32,000 nucleotides of DNA, taken from Desulfobulbus propionicus DSM 2032 (GTDB lineage: Bacteria; Desulfobacterota; Desulfobulbia; Desulfobulbales; Desulfobulbaceae). The position numbers and the translations under genes are program-made. The notes under the pieces are model-generated. The model was not told where the DNA came from. It did no database searches and saw only the letters and a program-made list of their open reading frames with translations. The stretch is from positions 300,001-332,000 of the forward strand of contig NC_014972.1 in assembly GCF_000186885.1 (NCBI RefSeq), written 5' to 3'. Below are positions 1 to 7,968 of this stretch, one piece after another (within the stretch, counting starts at the first letter, position 1; each line of letters begins with the position of its first letter).

Positions 1-56
1 AAGCCGAGCTTTCGCCTCAATCTCCACAATTGAAGCCGCTCGACCGGTCACACAGC

Positions 57-596
57 CTACTTCCCGGCGTCAGGGCCGGATGTGTCAAGGTGTTGCCGCA
101 TGAGTGCGGAAGGGCACGCTGCATCGGTGAGAATTGCGCTGCCACTTTTCAGTTCACGGATGCGGTTCTGGTACAATTGTTCTCGACATTCAGAATAAAT
201 GTTGAATGCGGTCAATGCGATCCCGTCAATGGTGCAATCCAGTTGATCGAGAAGGCCAAGCAATGGCTTGGTCTCCTTGTCAAGGGAGAAAACCTGCTTC
301 ACGACCCATTTCAATTCAAGAAAAGGCGCCACGGCCTGTGCCGGAGTGAAGTCCTGCACAGCTCGGATCCTGACGACCTGATCGATCGGCTGGCAATAGG
401 CCTGTTGGTCGGTATCTGTGAGCAACAGTTCGTAGATGGATGTCAGGCCGGCAGAAATGTTGCTTCCCACGGGATTGGCAAACGGATCCTGTGACTGTTT
501 GAAAAATCCAGGTGAGGCGTAACTGTCAAGCGTCCGCTCAATCCACAACGAAAGGATCTCTTTCTTCTTGTTTGCCAGCGCCTTCTGCAGTTCCAT
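57..596 (-). CDS. RsbRD N-terminal domain-like protein (of the kind often found next to dsrMKJOP in sulfate reducers)
   Basis: ORF MELQKALANKKKEILSLWIERTLDSYASPGFFKQSQDPFANPVGSNIS... matches the recalled RsbRD_N family pattern (K/R-x-W...DPFANPVG). The in-frame ATG at 596 is preferred over the longer track start at 776, which reads into the IS. Confidence 0.75.
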   Translation of the reverse strand: MELQKALANKKKEILSLWIERTLDSYASPGFFKQSQDPFANPVGSNISAGLTSIYELLLTDTDQQAYCQPIDQVVRIRAVQDFTPAQAVAPFLELKWVVKQVFSLDKETKPLLGLLDQLDCTIDGIALTAFNIYSECREQLYQNRIRELKSGSAILTDAACPSALMRQHLDTSGPDAGK

Positions 597-660
597 GGTG
601 CACAACTCTCGCCCATCATCTGGAGGGCGTTGGAGATCAATGTAATTTCCCTTGGGTAAA

Positions 661-679
661 CCCCCGGCTTTGCCGGGGG
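661..679. repeat. Left-end subterminal hairpin of the IS, 8 bp stem and TTT loop
   Basis: CCCCCGGC TTT GCCGGGGG. Confidence 0.8.
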
Positions 680-712
680 ACAACAACAGTTTGACAGTTC
701 CTGCAAAATAAA

Positions 713-761
713 GAAGCCTCCCGCCTCGTGAACCGGTCAAAGTCACGAAAAAGGAGGCTTC
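713..761 (+). promoter_or_regulatory. Two-tier stem-loop enclosing the tnpA Shine-Dalgarno sequence
   Basis: GAAGCCTCC (713-721) pairs with GGAGGCTTC (753-761). CGTGA (727-731) pairs with TCACG (743-747), with a symmetric 5/5 nt internal loop. The SD GGAGG lies in the outer stem, directly before ATG 762. Confidence 0.75.
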
Positions 762-1193
762 ATGAACGACATACAATGTTTAAGCCACACAAGATGGGAT
801 TGCAAGTTCCATGTAGTGTGGATACCGAAATGCCGAAGAAAAATACTCTATGGCCAACTTCGGAAAAATCTGGGTGATGTGTTCCATGATCTTGCACGGC
901 AAAAAGAAAGTCGGATTGTCGAGGGGCATTTGCAGCCCGATCATGTGCACATGCTACTGTCGATCCCGCCGAAGTATTCGGTGGCCCAGGTTGTGGGCTA
1001 CATGAAAGGGAAAAGTGCGATTTACATCGCACGCAATTACCTTGGGCAAAAGAAGAACTACAATGGGATGCACTTTTGGGCACGGGGCTATTTTGTGTCA
1101 ACCGTTGGTGCCGACGAGGCAATGGTTCGCGCATATATCCGTAACCAGGAGCAAGAGGATCAGCGAGTCGAACAACTGAACTTGTTTAAATAG
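762..1193 (+). CDS. tnpA: IS200/IS605 family transposase (TnpA, Y1 HUH)
   Basis: MNDIQCLSHTRWDCKFHVVWIPKCRRK...GHLQPDHVHMLLSIPPKYSVAQVVGYMKGKSA...AYIRNQEQEDQ: HUH motif HVH and Tyr context YIRNQ. Confidence 0.95.
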   Translation: MNDIQCLSHTRWDCKFHVVWIPKCRRKILYGQLRKNLGDVFHDLARQKESRIVEGHLQPDHVHMLLSIPPKYSVAQVVGYMKGKSAIYIARNYLGQKKNYNGMHFWARGYFVSTVGADEAMVRAYIRNQEQEDQRVEQLNLFK

Positions 1194-1261
1194 GCGACCA
1201 CCATATGGTGGTCAGATAATATTTTAAAGAGACCGCTTTGAGCGGTTCACAGTCTTTCAAG

Positions 1262-1280
1262 CCACCGGCTTTGCCGGTGG
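1262..1280. repeat. Right-end subterminal hairpin of the IS
   Basis: CCACCGGC TTT GCCGGTGG, same architecture as the left-end hairpin. Confidence 0.8.
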
Positions 1281-1319
1281 TTCTGACTCTGTCAATATTT
1301 CAGCAATCTTTCAGCCATT

Positions 1320-1359
1320 AAAAATGAATGGCGATTCATGCACCGCATGCTCTAGCATG
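1320..1359 (-). terminator. Possible terminator downstream of prc
   Basis: Minus strand: CATGCT/AGCATG stem, then ATGAAT-CGCC-ATTCAT followed by TTTT, located 3' of the prc stop at 1386. Confidence 0.4.
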
Positions 1360-1385
1360 ATTGCTGATTTGTTTCAAGAAAAAAT

Positions 1386-3530
1386 TTATCGGGAGGCTCC
1401 TGCCGACAGGCCCGCATTTCTTCCGTCTTTGAAGAGAAAGAGAGCAACCTGGATATACGGATCGGTGGCGACCAGCTCATCCAGCTTTTTCTCTTCGACC
1501 GGTTCACCGTCGTCCTCTCCGTTGCCGGTCAGCAATCCAGCATCCTTCGCCTCCTTTCGGGTGGCCGCCAGTTCCAGTCGCTCTTGCCACATGCCGTCGA
1601 GAAACACCGCCACATGGGTCTGTTTTGCTCGTGCCTTCGCTTTCCCCGTCTCCTGCCTGATCTTCTGAAAGGCGGTATTCTTTTCGGCCCACTGTGTGCC
1701 CTTCTGGCGGAGCTGTTCGGTAATCAACCGGTCGCCATTCCATTGCGCGAAATCCACTTGCTCGACCTGGTCCCAGGGCAGGGAATAATCCATATATTTT
1801 TCGCCCGTTTCCAGATAATCAAACATCGAGGGCACCACGAGATCCGGCTCCACCCCCTTATATTGCGTCGAGCCACCATTGATACGATAGAATTTTTGAA
1901 TGGTCAGTTTCAGCGCGCCCAGATCGTCGTATTTCTGCAGATGCAAGAGCGGCAGATTTCTATTCATGTCCATCATCGCCTGGACGGTACCCTTGCCGTG
2001 GGTGTGCTCGCCGCCGATAATGAAGGCCCTGCCGTAATCCTGCAGTGCCGCCGCCAGAATCTCCGATGCCGAGGCACTGAACTGGTTGACCAGCACGATT
2101 AGGGGGCCATCGTAGGCGACATCGGGATCTTCGTCCTCAAGCACGCGGACGCTGCCTTGTGAATCCTTGACCTGGACCACCGGGCCACCAGGAAGGAAGA
2201 GGCCTGAAATCTGCACCGCATCGGTGAGCGCTCCGCCGCCATTATTGCGCAGATCGAGAATCAGGCCGCTGATTTTCTGCTGTTTGAGCTTGATCAGTTC
2301 CGCCAGGGTGTCGTCACTGACGTTACGGCTCTCCTTGCCATTGCTTTGTGCAACGAAATCACGGTAAAAACTCGGGATTCGCAGATAGCCGATGGCGTGT
2401 TTTCCCTGTTTGACCACCGTGGATTTGACATAGGTTTCTTCAATCCGCACCACATCGCGGATGATTGGAATGGTACGTTTGCTGCCGTCGGGCTTTTGCA
2501 CGGTCAGGCGCACTTCGGTGCCCTTGGGGCCTCGAATATAGCCAACGGCCTCGCGAATGCGCATTTCGGAAATATCAACCGGCTCCCCATTCTTTTCGGA
2601 AACCGCGAGAATGGTGTCCTCGGCCTGCAACTGGCCCTGTTTTTCCGCAGCGCTACCTGGAATGATCCGGATGACTTTGATCAGGCCATCATCTTCACGC
2701 AGGAGCGCGCCGATCCCTTCCAGCGAACCGCTCATCTGGATATCGAAGTCTTCCTTTGATGAGGGAGCCATGTAGTCACTGTGCGGGTCAAAGGCTCGCG
2801 CCACCGCATCGAAATAACGGTCGTAATGATCCTGCCGCGATTGCTGCTCCAGCCGGTTCAGCGCCCGGTGCGTGCTTTCGCGCACCTTCTTGATCGCCTC
2901 CTTCAATTCGGCTGGATGGTGTTCGGGGCTGATCTGTTTGACAATATCCGGTTGTTGCGCCTTCTTGTCCTCAAGCAGATCGAAATAGGTATCGATCACC
3001 TGCATTTTGAGCGTCAGGCGCCAGCGTTCCTGCAGTGCTTCCCTATTTTCGGCAAAAGTGAGTTTTTTGGGCTCGATTTCAAGGTATTCCAAGTGGTTGA
3101 GATCGAATCCCCGATCGAGGAGCGGATCGATCAGTTTCTTCACCTGGCGGATGCGGTCGTTAAGCAGTTCCATGCCCGCGTCCGGCAGCACCACATTGCC
3201 GCGGCTCAGTTCGTCATCCACATGGGTGGCAAAGGCGTTGAGCTGGTTGACGTCGGATTGAAGCAAAAATCGCTTGCGGGGATCGAGCTGCCGCAGATAC
3301 AGGTCAAACGCCTTGCGCGACAGGTTGTCATCCAGGGATTCGTGACTGAAGTGTTGCGCCGGCAATTGCTGGCTGAGGATCAGGGCGATCAGTTGATTGC
3401 GGTCTTCGTCGAATGCCTCGGGAGCAGCCTTCTTCGCCTGACACGCGGTGATGAACGTCAGGAGAAAAAGAGCGCAAAGAGCGCATACAGGGAGGGCACG
3501 TCGGGAGAATATGGGAGCGCGATATTTCAT
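1386..3530 (-). CDS. prc: Tail-specific / C-terminal processing peptidase (S41), lipoprotein-like signal
   Basis: 714 aa: lipobox-like LLTFITAC; FDLYLRQLDPRKRFLL; PDZ region; catalytic region NQFSASASEILAAALQDYGRAFIIGGEHTHGKGTVQ. Confidence 0.92.
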   Translation of the reverse strand: MKYRAPIFSRRALPVCALCALFLLTFITACQAKKAAPEAFDEDRNQLIALILSQQLPAQHFSHESLDDNLSRKAFDLYLRQLDPRKRFLLQSDVNQLNAFATHVDDELSRGNVVLPDAGMELLNDRIRQVKKLIDPLLDRGFDLNHLEYLEIEPKKLTFAENREALQERWRLTLKMQVIDTYFDLLEDKKAQQPDIVKQISPEHHPAELKEAIKKVRESTHRALNRLEQQSRQDHYDRYFDAVARAFDPHSDYMAPSSKEDFDIQMSGSLEGIGALLREDDGLIKVIRIIPGSAAEKQGQLQAEDTILAVSEKNGEPVDISEMRIREAVGYIRGPKGTEVRLTVQKPDGSKRTIPIIRDVVRIEETYVKSTVVKQGKHAIGYLRIPSFYRDFVAQSNGKESRNVSDDTLAELIKLKQQKISGLILDLRNNGGGALTDAVQISGLFLPGGPVVQVKDSQGSVRVLEDEDPDVAYDGPLIVLVNQFSASASEILAAALQDYGRAFIIGGEHTHGKGTVQAMMDMNRNLPLLHLQKYDDLGALKLTIQKFYRINGGSTQYKGVEPDLVVPSMFDYLETGEKYMDYSLPWDQVEQVDFAQWNGDRLITEQLRQKGTQWAEKNTAFQKIRQETGKAKARAKQTHVAVFLDGMWQERLELAATRKEAKDAGLLTGNGEDDGEPVEEKKLDELVATDPYIQVALFLFKDGRNAGLSAGASR

Positions 3531-3603
3531 AGGAGTCGGGTTCTATTCCCGCAAGAAGGAGGAGAAGCGGTCATGAGGCGGACAGCAGCGGAGGGACCAT
3601 TGA

Positions 3604-4218
3604 TTAATAAGGGCTGAGTATCTTGTCGGCGGCGGTCATCGCCTGCATGATTTCATGCATATTGGAAATGTGGCCCACCTGGATGGCTGATTTCAACTTG
3701 AAAAAATCAAGACAGGTGCCACAGGCGAGGATTTCAACACCCAGATCCTGGAGCCGCTTGAGTGCGTCGAGCCCCCCCGATGCAGCGGCGACCAGTTTGA
3801 CACCGCTGTTGTAAAAAATGATTTTTTCCGGCAACGGGCTGACATCCTTGATGGTTTGAATATAGGTTTGCATTAGGGCCCAGCCGAGTTCGTCGCTACC
3901 CCGTCCCATAGTATCCGAGGCGATCACGTAGATCAGCTTTGGCGCGGTTGGGATCGTGCATCGATACTCCTCCGCGCCAACGGATTGCGCACTCTGGCCG
4001 GCCGTGGCAGTGATGGTCAGGGCGAAACCGCCGCCGGGTCGGTTGGCGCATGCCACGGCATGCCCCTGGCTTTGAGCGAAACGGCTGACATTGTTCCGCG
4101 AGGCCTCGTTGTCGACCAAGACCTCAATGCAGGTGACTCCCTGCTCCAGGGCTTCCTTGACCCGCAGAACAGGCTGGGGACAGGAAAGGCCGATGCAGTC
4201 GAGGACAACAGGTTTCAT
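3604..4218 (-). CDS. yedF: Sulfurtransferase-like selenium metabolism protein YedF (TusA-like N-terminus plus DsrE-like C-terminus)
   Basis: MKPVVLDCIGLSCPQPVLRVKEAL... (TusA-like CPxP), C-terminal LPEKIIFYNSGVKL...LACGTCLDFF. Confidence 0.88.
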   Translation of the reverse strand: MKPVVLDCIGLSCPQPVLRVKEALEQGVTCIEVLVDNEASRNNVSRFAQSQGHAVACANRPGGGFALTITATAGQSAQSVGAEEYRCTIPTAPKLIYVIASDTMGRGSDELGWALMQTYIQTIKDVSPLPEKIIFYNSGVKLVAAASGGLDALKRLQDLGVEILACGTCLDFFKLKSAIQVGHISNMHEIMQAMTAADKILSPY

Positions 4219-4272
4219 GGACAGACTCCCAACGCAAGGCTATGCAATGCGGACAAACGGTTCATGCGCATG

Positions 4273-5196
4273 TTACAGGATAATTTCCTGCCCTTCCCGG
4301 GCAAAAAAGATACGCAGGGGATGATTTGCATCCGTGGTGCAGTACAAGTCGGTCATGGCATCCAACTGGTCATCGCTGCGCTCCGGATCATGATGAAACA
4401 GGGCCAGTTGCTTGACCTCTGCCCGAGCGGCGGCGGCTATCGCATCCTCGATCGGCGTATGGCCCCAGCCAACCTTGCCTTGTTCATATTCGACCCTGGT
4501 GTACTGCGCGTCATGGACCAGCAGATCGGCGCCTCTGAAAAAATTTTCCAGCACCTGGTTTTGCTCGCGGGCCGCTTCCTCGCCTTCCTGGGCCATCAAC
4601 TCGTCGTAGTTGGAGGCATTGGGGTCGGTGACGAACAGGTTGCGAAACGGTTCGGTGTCGTAGGCGGTGCAGAAAACCGCGCCCCGGAAACTGAAACGGT
4701 AGCCCAAGGTGGTGATGGGGTGATTGATGATCGCGGTCGACAGGGTGATGCCGTCGCCAAGATCGATCATTGGTTCTTCCTTGAGCCGCTGGTATTCAAT
4801 GCTGCTGGCGAGTTCGCCCATGTTGACTGGAAAATAGCGGTACTTCATTTGACCGCCGACCACCGCCTCCAGAGGTTCATCCTCATAAGTCACCGGACCA
4901 AAGACCTTGATCCGGGTTCCAGGAATGTACACCGGCACGAAAAAGGGGAAGCCCATGATATGGTCCCAGTGGGTATGGGATAAGTAGATCTCCGTCGAGA
5001 TCGGCCCCTTGGGAAGATCGTTGGCGAGCATGAAGTTGGCTAGGTCACGGATGCCGGAACCAGCGTCAATGATGACGTGCCGGTTCACTTCGGGAAAGCG
5101 CAGCTCGATGCAGGCGGTATTGCCGCCGTATTTCATGGTCTTTGGGCCGGGGCAGGGGATAGACCCGCGTACACCCCAGAATTTGACTTTGATCAT
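4273..5196 (-). CDS. MBL-fold metallo-hydrolase
   Basis: MIKVKFWGVRGSIPCPGP...IYLSHTHWDHIMGFPFF...LVHDAQYT...HHDP: metallo-beta-lactamase fold motifs. Confidence 0.85.
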   Translation of the reverse strand: MIKVKFWGVRGSIPCPGPKTMKYGGNTACIELRFPEVNRHVIIDAGSGIRDLANFMLANDLPKGPISTEIYLSHTHWDHIMGFPFFVPVYIPGTRIKVFGPVTYEDEPLEAVVGGQMKYRYFPVNMGELASSIEYQRLKEEPMIDLGDGITLSTAIINHPITTLGYRFSFRGAVFCTAYDTEPFRNLFVTDPNASNYDELMAQEGEEAAREQNQVLENFFRGADLLVHDAQYTRVEYEQGKVGWGHTPIEDAIAAAARAEVKQLALFHHDPERSDDQLDAMTDLYCTTDANHPLRIFFAREGQEIIL

Positions 5197-5235
5197 TGGC
5201 GCATCCCAAGTGGAAGAAGGAAAAGTGAGGTCATG

Positions 5236-6093
5236 TCAGACTTTGAGAAAGATTTCCGCCTTGGTGATTTCCGCATCGACCGTTTCCCGGAGGCCGACAA
5301 CGGTATTCCACTTGAGCCCGCACAACTCCAGCAACGCTTCGAGCCGGGTTTCGTCGGGAAAGCGATTGCCGGCATAGCCGATATCGAAGAGACAGACATA
5401 AAAATCGGCCAGGGCCACGGTGGCCACCAAAGCCCGGTGCTCCGCAGCCGCATCCCACGGCGAGTGGTGATGACAGATGGCGTCGGTGATGACGGCGTTG
5501 AGCTTCCACTTGGCGGCAATCATCTCGCCAACTTCCTCGTGGTCGATTTCCATCATTTTCCTTTCCAGGGCATTGAGGGGCTCCTGAACCTTCAATGTCT
5601 GGGCAAGGACTTCGCTGTACTCGTCGCCAAAGGGGATTTTGCCGAGATCGTGGAGCAGGCCGGCGACAAAATATTCCTCCCGTTCGGCCAGGGGCAGACC
5701 GCGCTCGGCGGCGAGCAGCTTGGCCATGACACCCACCCCGATGGAGTGTGCCCAGAATGCCTTGATGGGGAGGGCCTTGGATTTTTTGGCTTGGCCGACA
5801 CTGCGGATGATGGCGGTGGACAGGGCAAGGTTCTTGACCGTGTTCAAGCCCAGCATGATAATCGCCCGGGTCAGGGAGGTGACCTTGTTGACTAGGGAGT
5901 AGTAGGCGGAATTGATCAGCTTGAGAACCTGTCCGGTCAGGACCGGATCAAGGGAAATGACCTTGTTGAGGTCGTTGGGCGCGGTGTCCGGTCGGCTGCA
6001 GATCTCCAGCACCTTGCCGACCGTGGTCGACAGGCTTGGCATTTTATCAACGACAACGCGGATTTTATCCAGCTTGGTGTTTCGTTCGAGCAT
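5236..6093 (-). CDS. HDOD domain-containing protein
   Basis: LPSLSTTVGKVLEICSRPDTAPNDLNKVISLDPVLTGQVLKLINSAYY...FVAGLLHDLGKI. ATG at 6093 used; the track start at 6141 is a TTG codon. Confidence 0.88.
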   Translation of the reverse strand: MLERNTKLDKIRVVVDKMPSLSTTVGKVLEICSRPDTAPNDLNKVISLDPVLTGQVLKLINSAYYSLVNKVTSLTRAIIMLGLNTVKNLALSTAIIRSVGQAKKSKALPIKAFWAHSIGVGVMAKLLAAERGLPLAEREEYFVAGLLHDLGKIPFGDEYSEVLAQTLKVQEPLNALERKMMEIDHEEVGEMIAAKWKLNAVITDAICHHHSPWDAAAEHRALVATVALADFYVCLFDIGYAGNRFPDETRLEALLELCGLKWNTVVGLRETVDAEITKAEIFLKV

Positions 6094-6207
6094 GGAGACA
6101 GGGGGTAGCGACAGAAGCGGGGCAAACGACACCGGAGCCAATACAATTCGCCTATAATAAATGAACCAACAGGGGAGGTCAAGCGGAGGGGAGAGTTTTC
6201 TCCGAGA

Positions 6208-6396
6208 TTAACAACCGTGTTTAATCAAAAAATTTCGCACCATTTCCTCCATCAGTTGCAGCTGGTTCTGCCCCGTTTCATTGATCCGGATCCAGAGGCA
6301 GCGTTGGAATGCCCGGTGGAGGTCCTCGGGAACGAGCAGCTTCAATTCGACCAGTTTGCGGTCGTGTCCTTCTGGCCCATGATCATCCGCGTTCAT
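6208..6396 (-). CDS. Small (62 aa) putative ribbon-helix-helix-like protein, start overlaps the hisA stop
   Basis: MNADDHGPEGHDRKLVELKLLVPEDLHRAFQRCLWIRINETGQNQLQLMEEMVRNFLIKHGC. Its ATG overlaps the hisA 3' end by 14 nt (ATGAACGCGGATGA). Confidence 0.5.
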   Translation of the reverse strand: MNADDHGPEGHDRKLVELKLLVPEDLHRAFQRCLWIRINETGQNQLQLMEEMVRNFLIKHGC

Positions 6397-7153
6397 GATA
6401 GGCCACCACGTCTTGATAGCGCAAACCGGAGCCGCCGAAAATGTCGAGGGCCGACCCCACGGTGACGTCAATCCGCCCACGACCGCTGATCCGGATGTGA
6501 TCCAGGTCGGCCATGCTGGCGACACCGCCGGCATAGGTGGTGGGCACCGGGGCAGCGTCGGCCAACAGTTCCAGCAGGCGGGTATCGATGCCCATGCACT
6601 TGCCCTCGACATCCACCGCATGGACGAGAAACTCATCGCACGAGGCAGCCAAATTGTCCAAGGTTGCCGGAGTAATCCGCAGTTGGGTGAATTTTTGCCA
6701 GCGATCGGTGACCACGTAATAGCCGTCCCCGTGCCAGCGGCAGCTCAGGTCGAGCACCAGGCGTTCTTTGCCGACCAGCCGGGTCAGACGGTCGAGCCGC
6801 TGTTGGTCCAGCTGTCCGTCATGGAACACATGGGAGGTGACGATGACATGGGAGGCGCCGTGGTCGAGCCAATGGGCGGCGTTGTCGAGGGTGATGCCGC
6901 CGCCCACCTGCAAGCCGCCCGGCCAGGCCGCCAAAGCCTCGCGGGCCGCCGCCTCGTTGCCGGGACCAAGCATGATCACATGACCGCCGGTGAGCTGGTC
7001 GCGCCGGTACATGTCGGCGTAGTGGGAGGGGGGGAATGGGGAGGAGAAATTGGTTTGCAGCCGCGCCGGATCGTCGCCCAGGCTGGAGCCGACGATCTGT
7101 TTTACCTTGCCGTCATGGAGATCGATACAGGGGCGGAATCGCATAGCAGGCAT
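6383..7153 (-). CDS. hisA: Phosphoribosylformimino-5-aminoimidazole carboxamide ribotide isomerase, eukaryotic (HIS6-like) type
   Basis: RFRPCIDLHDGKVKQIVGSS...GGHVIMLGPGNE..A..AL.AWPGGLQVGGGI...ERLVLDLSCR...YYVVTDRWQKFT...CDEFLVHAVDVEGKCMGID...TYAGGV. Confidence 0.85.
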   Translation of the reverse strand: MPAMRFRPCIDLHDGKVKQIVGSSLGDDPARLQTNFSSPFPPSHYADMYRRDQLTGGHVIMLGPGNEAAAREALAAWPGGLQVGGGITLDNAAHWLDHGASHVIVTSHVFHDGQLDQQRLDRLTRLVGKERLVLDLSCRWHGDGYYVVTDRWQKFTQLRITPATLDNLAASCDEFLVHAVDVEGKCMGIDTRLLELLADAAPVPTTYAGGVASMADLDHIRISGRGRIDVTVGSALDIFGGSGLRYQDVVAYHERG

Positions 7154-7158
7154 CCCTG

Positions 7159-7194
7159 AAAAAAAAGGGGCTGCCGGTGGTGTCCGACAGCCCC
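7159..7194 (-). terminator. Rho-independent terminator after the RecA/KaiC-like ATPase gene
   Basis: Minus strand GGGGCTG...CAGCCCC (7194-7188 / 7173-7167) followed by T8 (7166-7159). Confidence 0.8.
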
Positions 7195-7214
7195 TGGTTG
7201 GTGCGGGAACGAGA

Positions 7215-7910
7215 TTACATTTCCTTGACCATCATGGTGGTGGGATCGAGGCGCAGGCCCTTGCCGCCCTCCACCTGCTCGCCGTAGTTGCGGATGATGT
7301 CGAGCTGTATGGTGGCATCCTGTTCCGGTTTGAGCAGGATGATCATGTCAAAGAGATCGTCTATCTCATGGCAAGGCGCGGGCACGCCGGCCGGAGAGAC
7401 GCGCTTGTCCTCCCGATGGCAGATGGCCGAGAACCAAGCCTGCATGTTCATGTTTTCCATCAGGTTCTTGATGTCTTCCAACGCTTCGCGGTCGGTGTTG
7501 ACGAAGTCAAAACCATCGACGATCAGGCAGTTGGGGCGGAAGATGTCCTGCAACACCAGGTCGTTGAGCCGCTCTTCCAGGCGTGACCGGCTGAAAGCCG
7601 CCACTTTGAAGGTCATGATCATCCGGTGACGGGCGACCATGTCGATCAGTTCGTGCGGTCGGTTGACGCTGTGCTCCTGGAGAATCAGCCCCAGGATGTC
7701 GTCATACCAGGTCTTGGTTTTTTCGATCGACTCACCGATGCTGACATGGATGACCCGTTTGCCCCGAAGAATAGCGTCCAGGGCGATCTGGACCAACAGA
7801 GCGGTCTTGCCGAGACCGGCGCGGGCCATGACCAGCCCCATCTGATTGTTCTCTCCGCTCATGTTCAGAACCCTGAGCGGGTTCTGCTGAACTAGTGGTT
7901 CGTATCCCAT
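7215..7910 (-). CDS. RecA/DnaB/KaiC-superfamily ATPase, uncharacterised
   Basis: 231 aa with Walker A-like GLVMARAGLGKTALLVQIALDAILRGKRVIHVS and Walker B-like NCLIVDGFDF. Confidence 0.65.
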   Translation of the reverse strand: MGYEPLVQQNPLRVLNMSGENNQMGLVMARAGLGKTALLVQIALDAILRGKRVIHVSIGESIEKTKTWYDDILGLILQEHSVNRPHELIDMVARHRMIMTFKVAAFSRSRLEERLNDLVLQDIFRPNCLIVDGFDFVNTDREALEDIKNLMENMNMQAWFSAICHREDKRVSPAGVPAPCHEIDDLFDMIILLKPEQDATIQLDIIRNYGEQVEGGKGLRLDPTTMMVKEM

Positions 7911-7968
7911 AATTCCACCTCTTAACGGTTAACTCTCACGTGTATGTCGATTACAGCGGAACGCCGGT

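Larger units (their letters stand above)
661..1280 (+). mobile_element. IS200/IS605-family single-gene insertion sequence (minimum extent, hairpin to hairpin)
   Basis: HUH tyrosine transposase flanked by matching subterminal hairpins: CCCCCGGC-TTT-GCCGGGGG (661-679) and CCACCGGC-TTT-GCCGGTGG (1262-1280). Exact cleavage ends cannot be fixed from sequence alone. Confidence 0.85.

Noticed and set aside
597-776. N-terminal extension of the RsbRD-N-like ORF (MYVVHEASFFVTLTG...)
   Set aside because: The extension reads through the IS left end and its hairpins; MELQKAL at 596 is the natural start.
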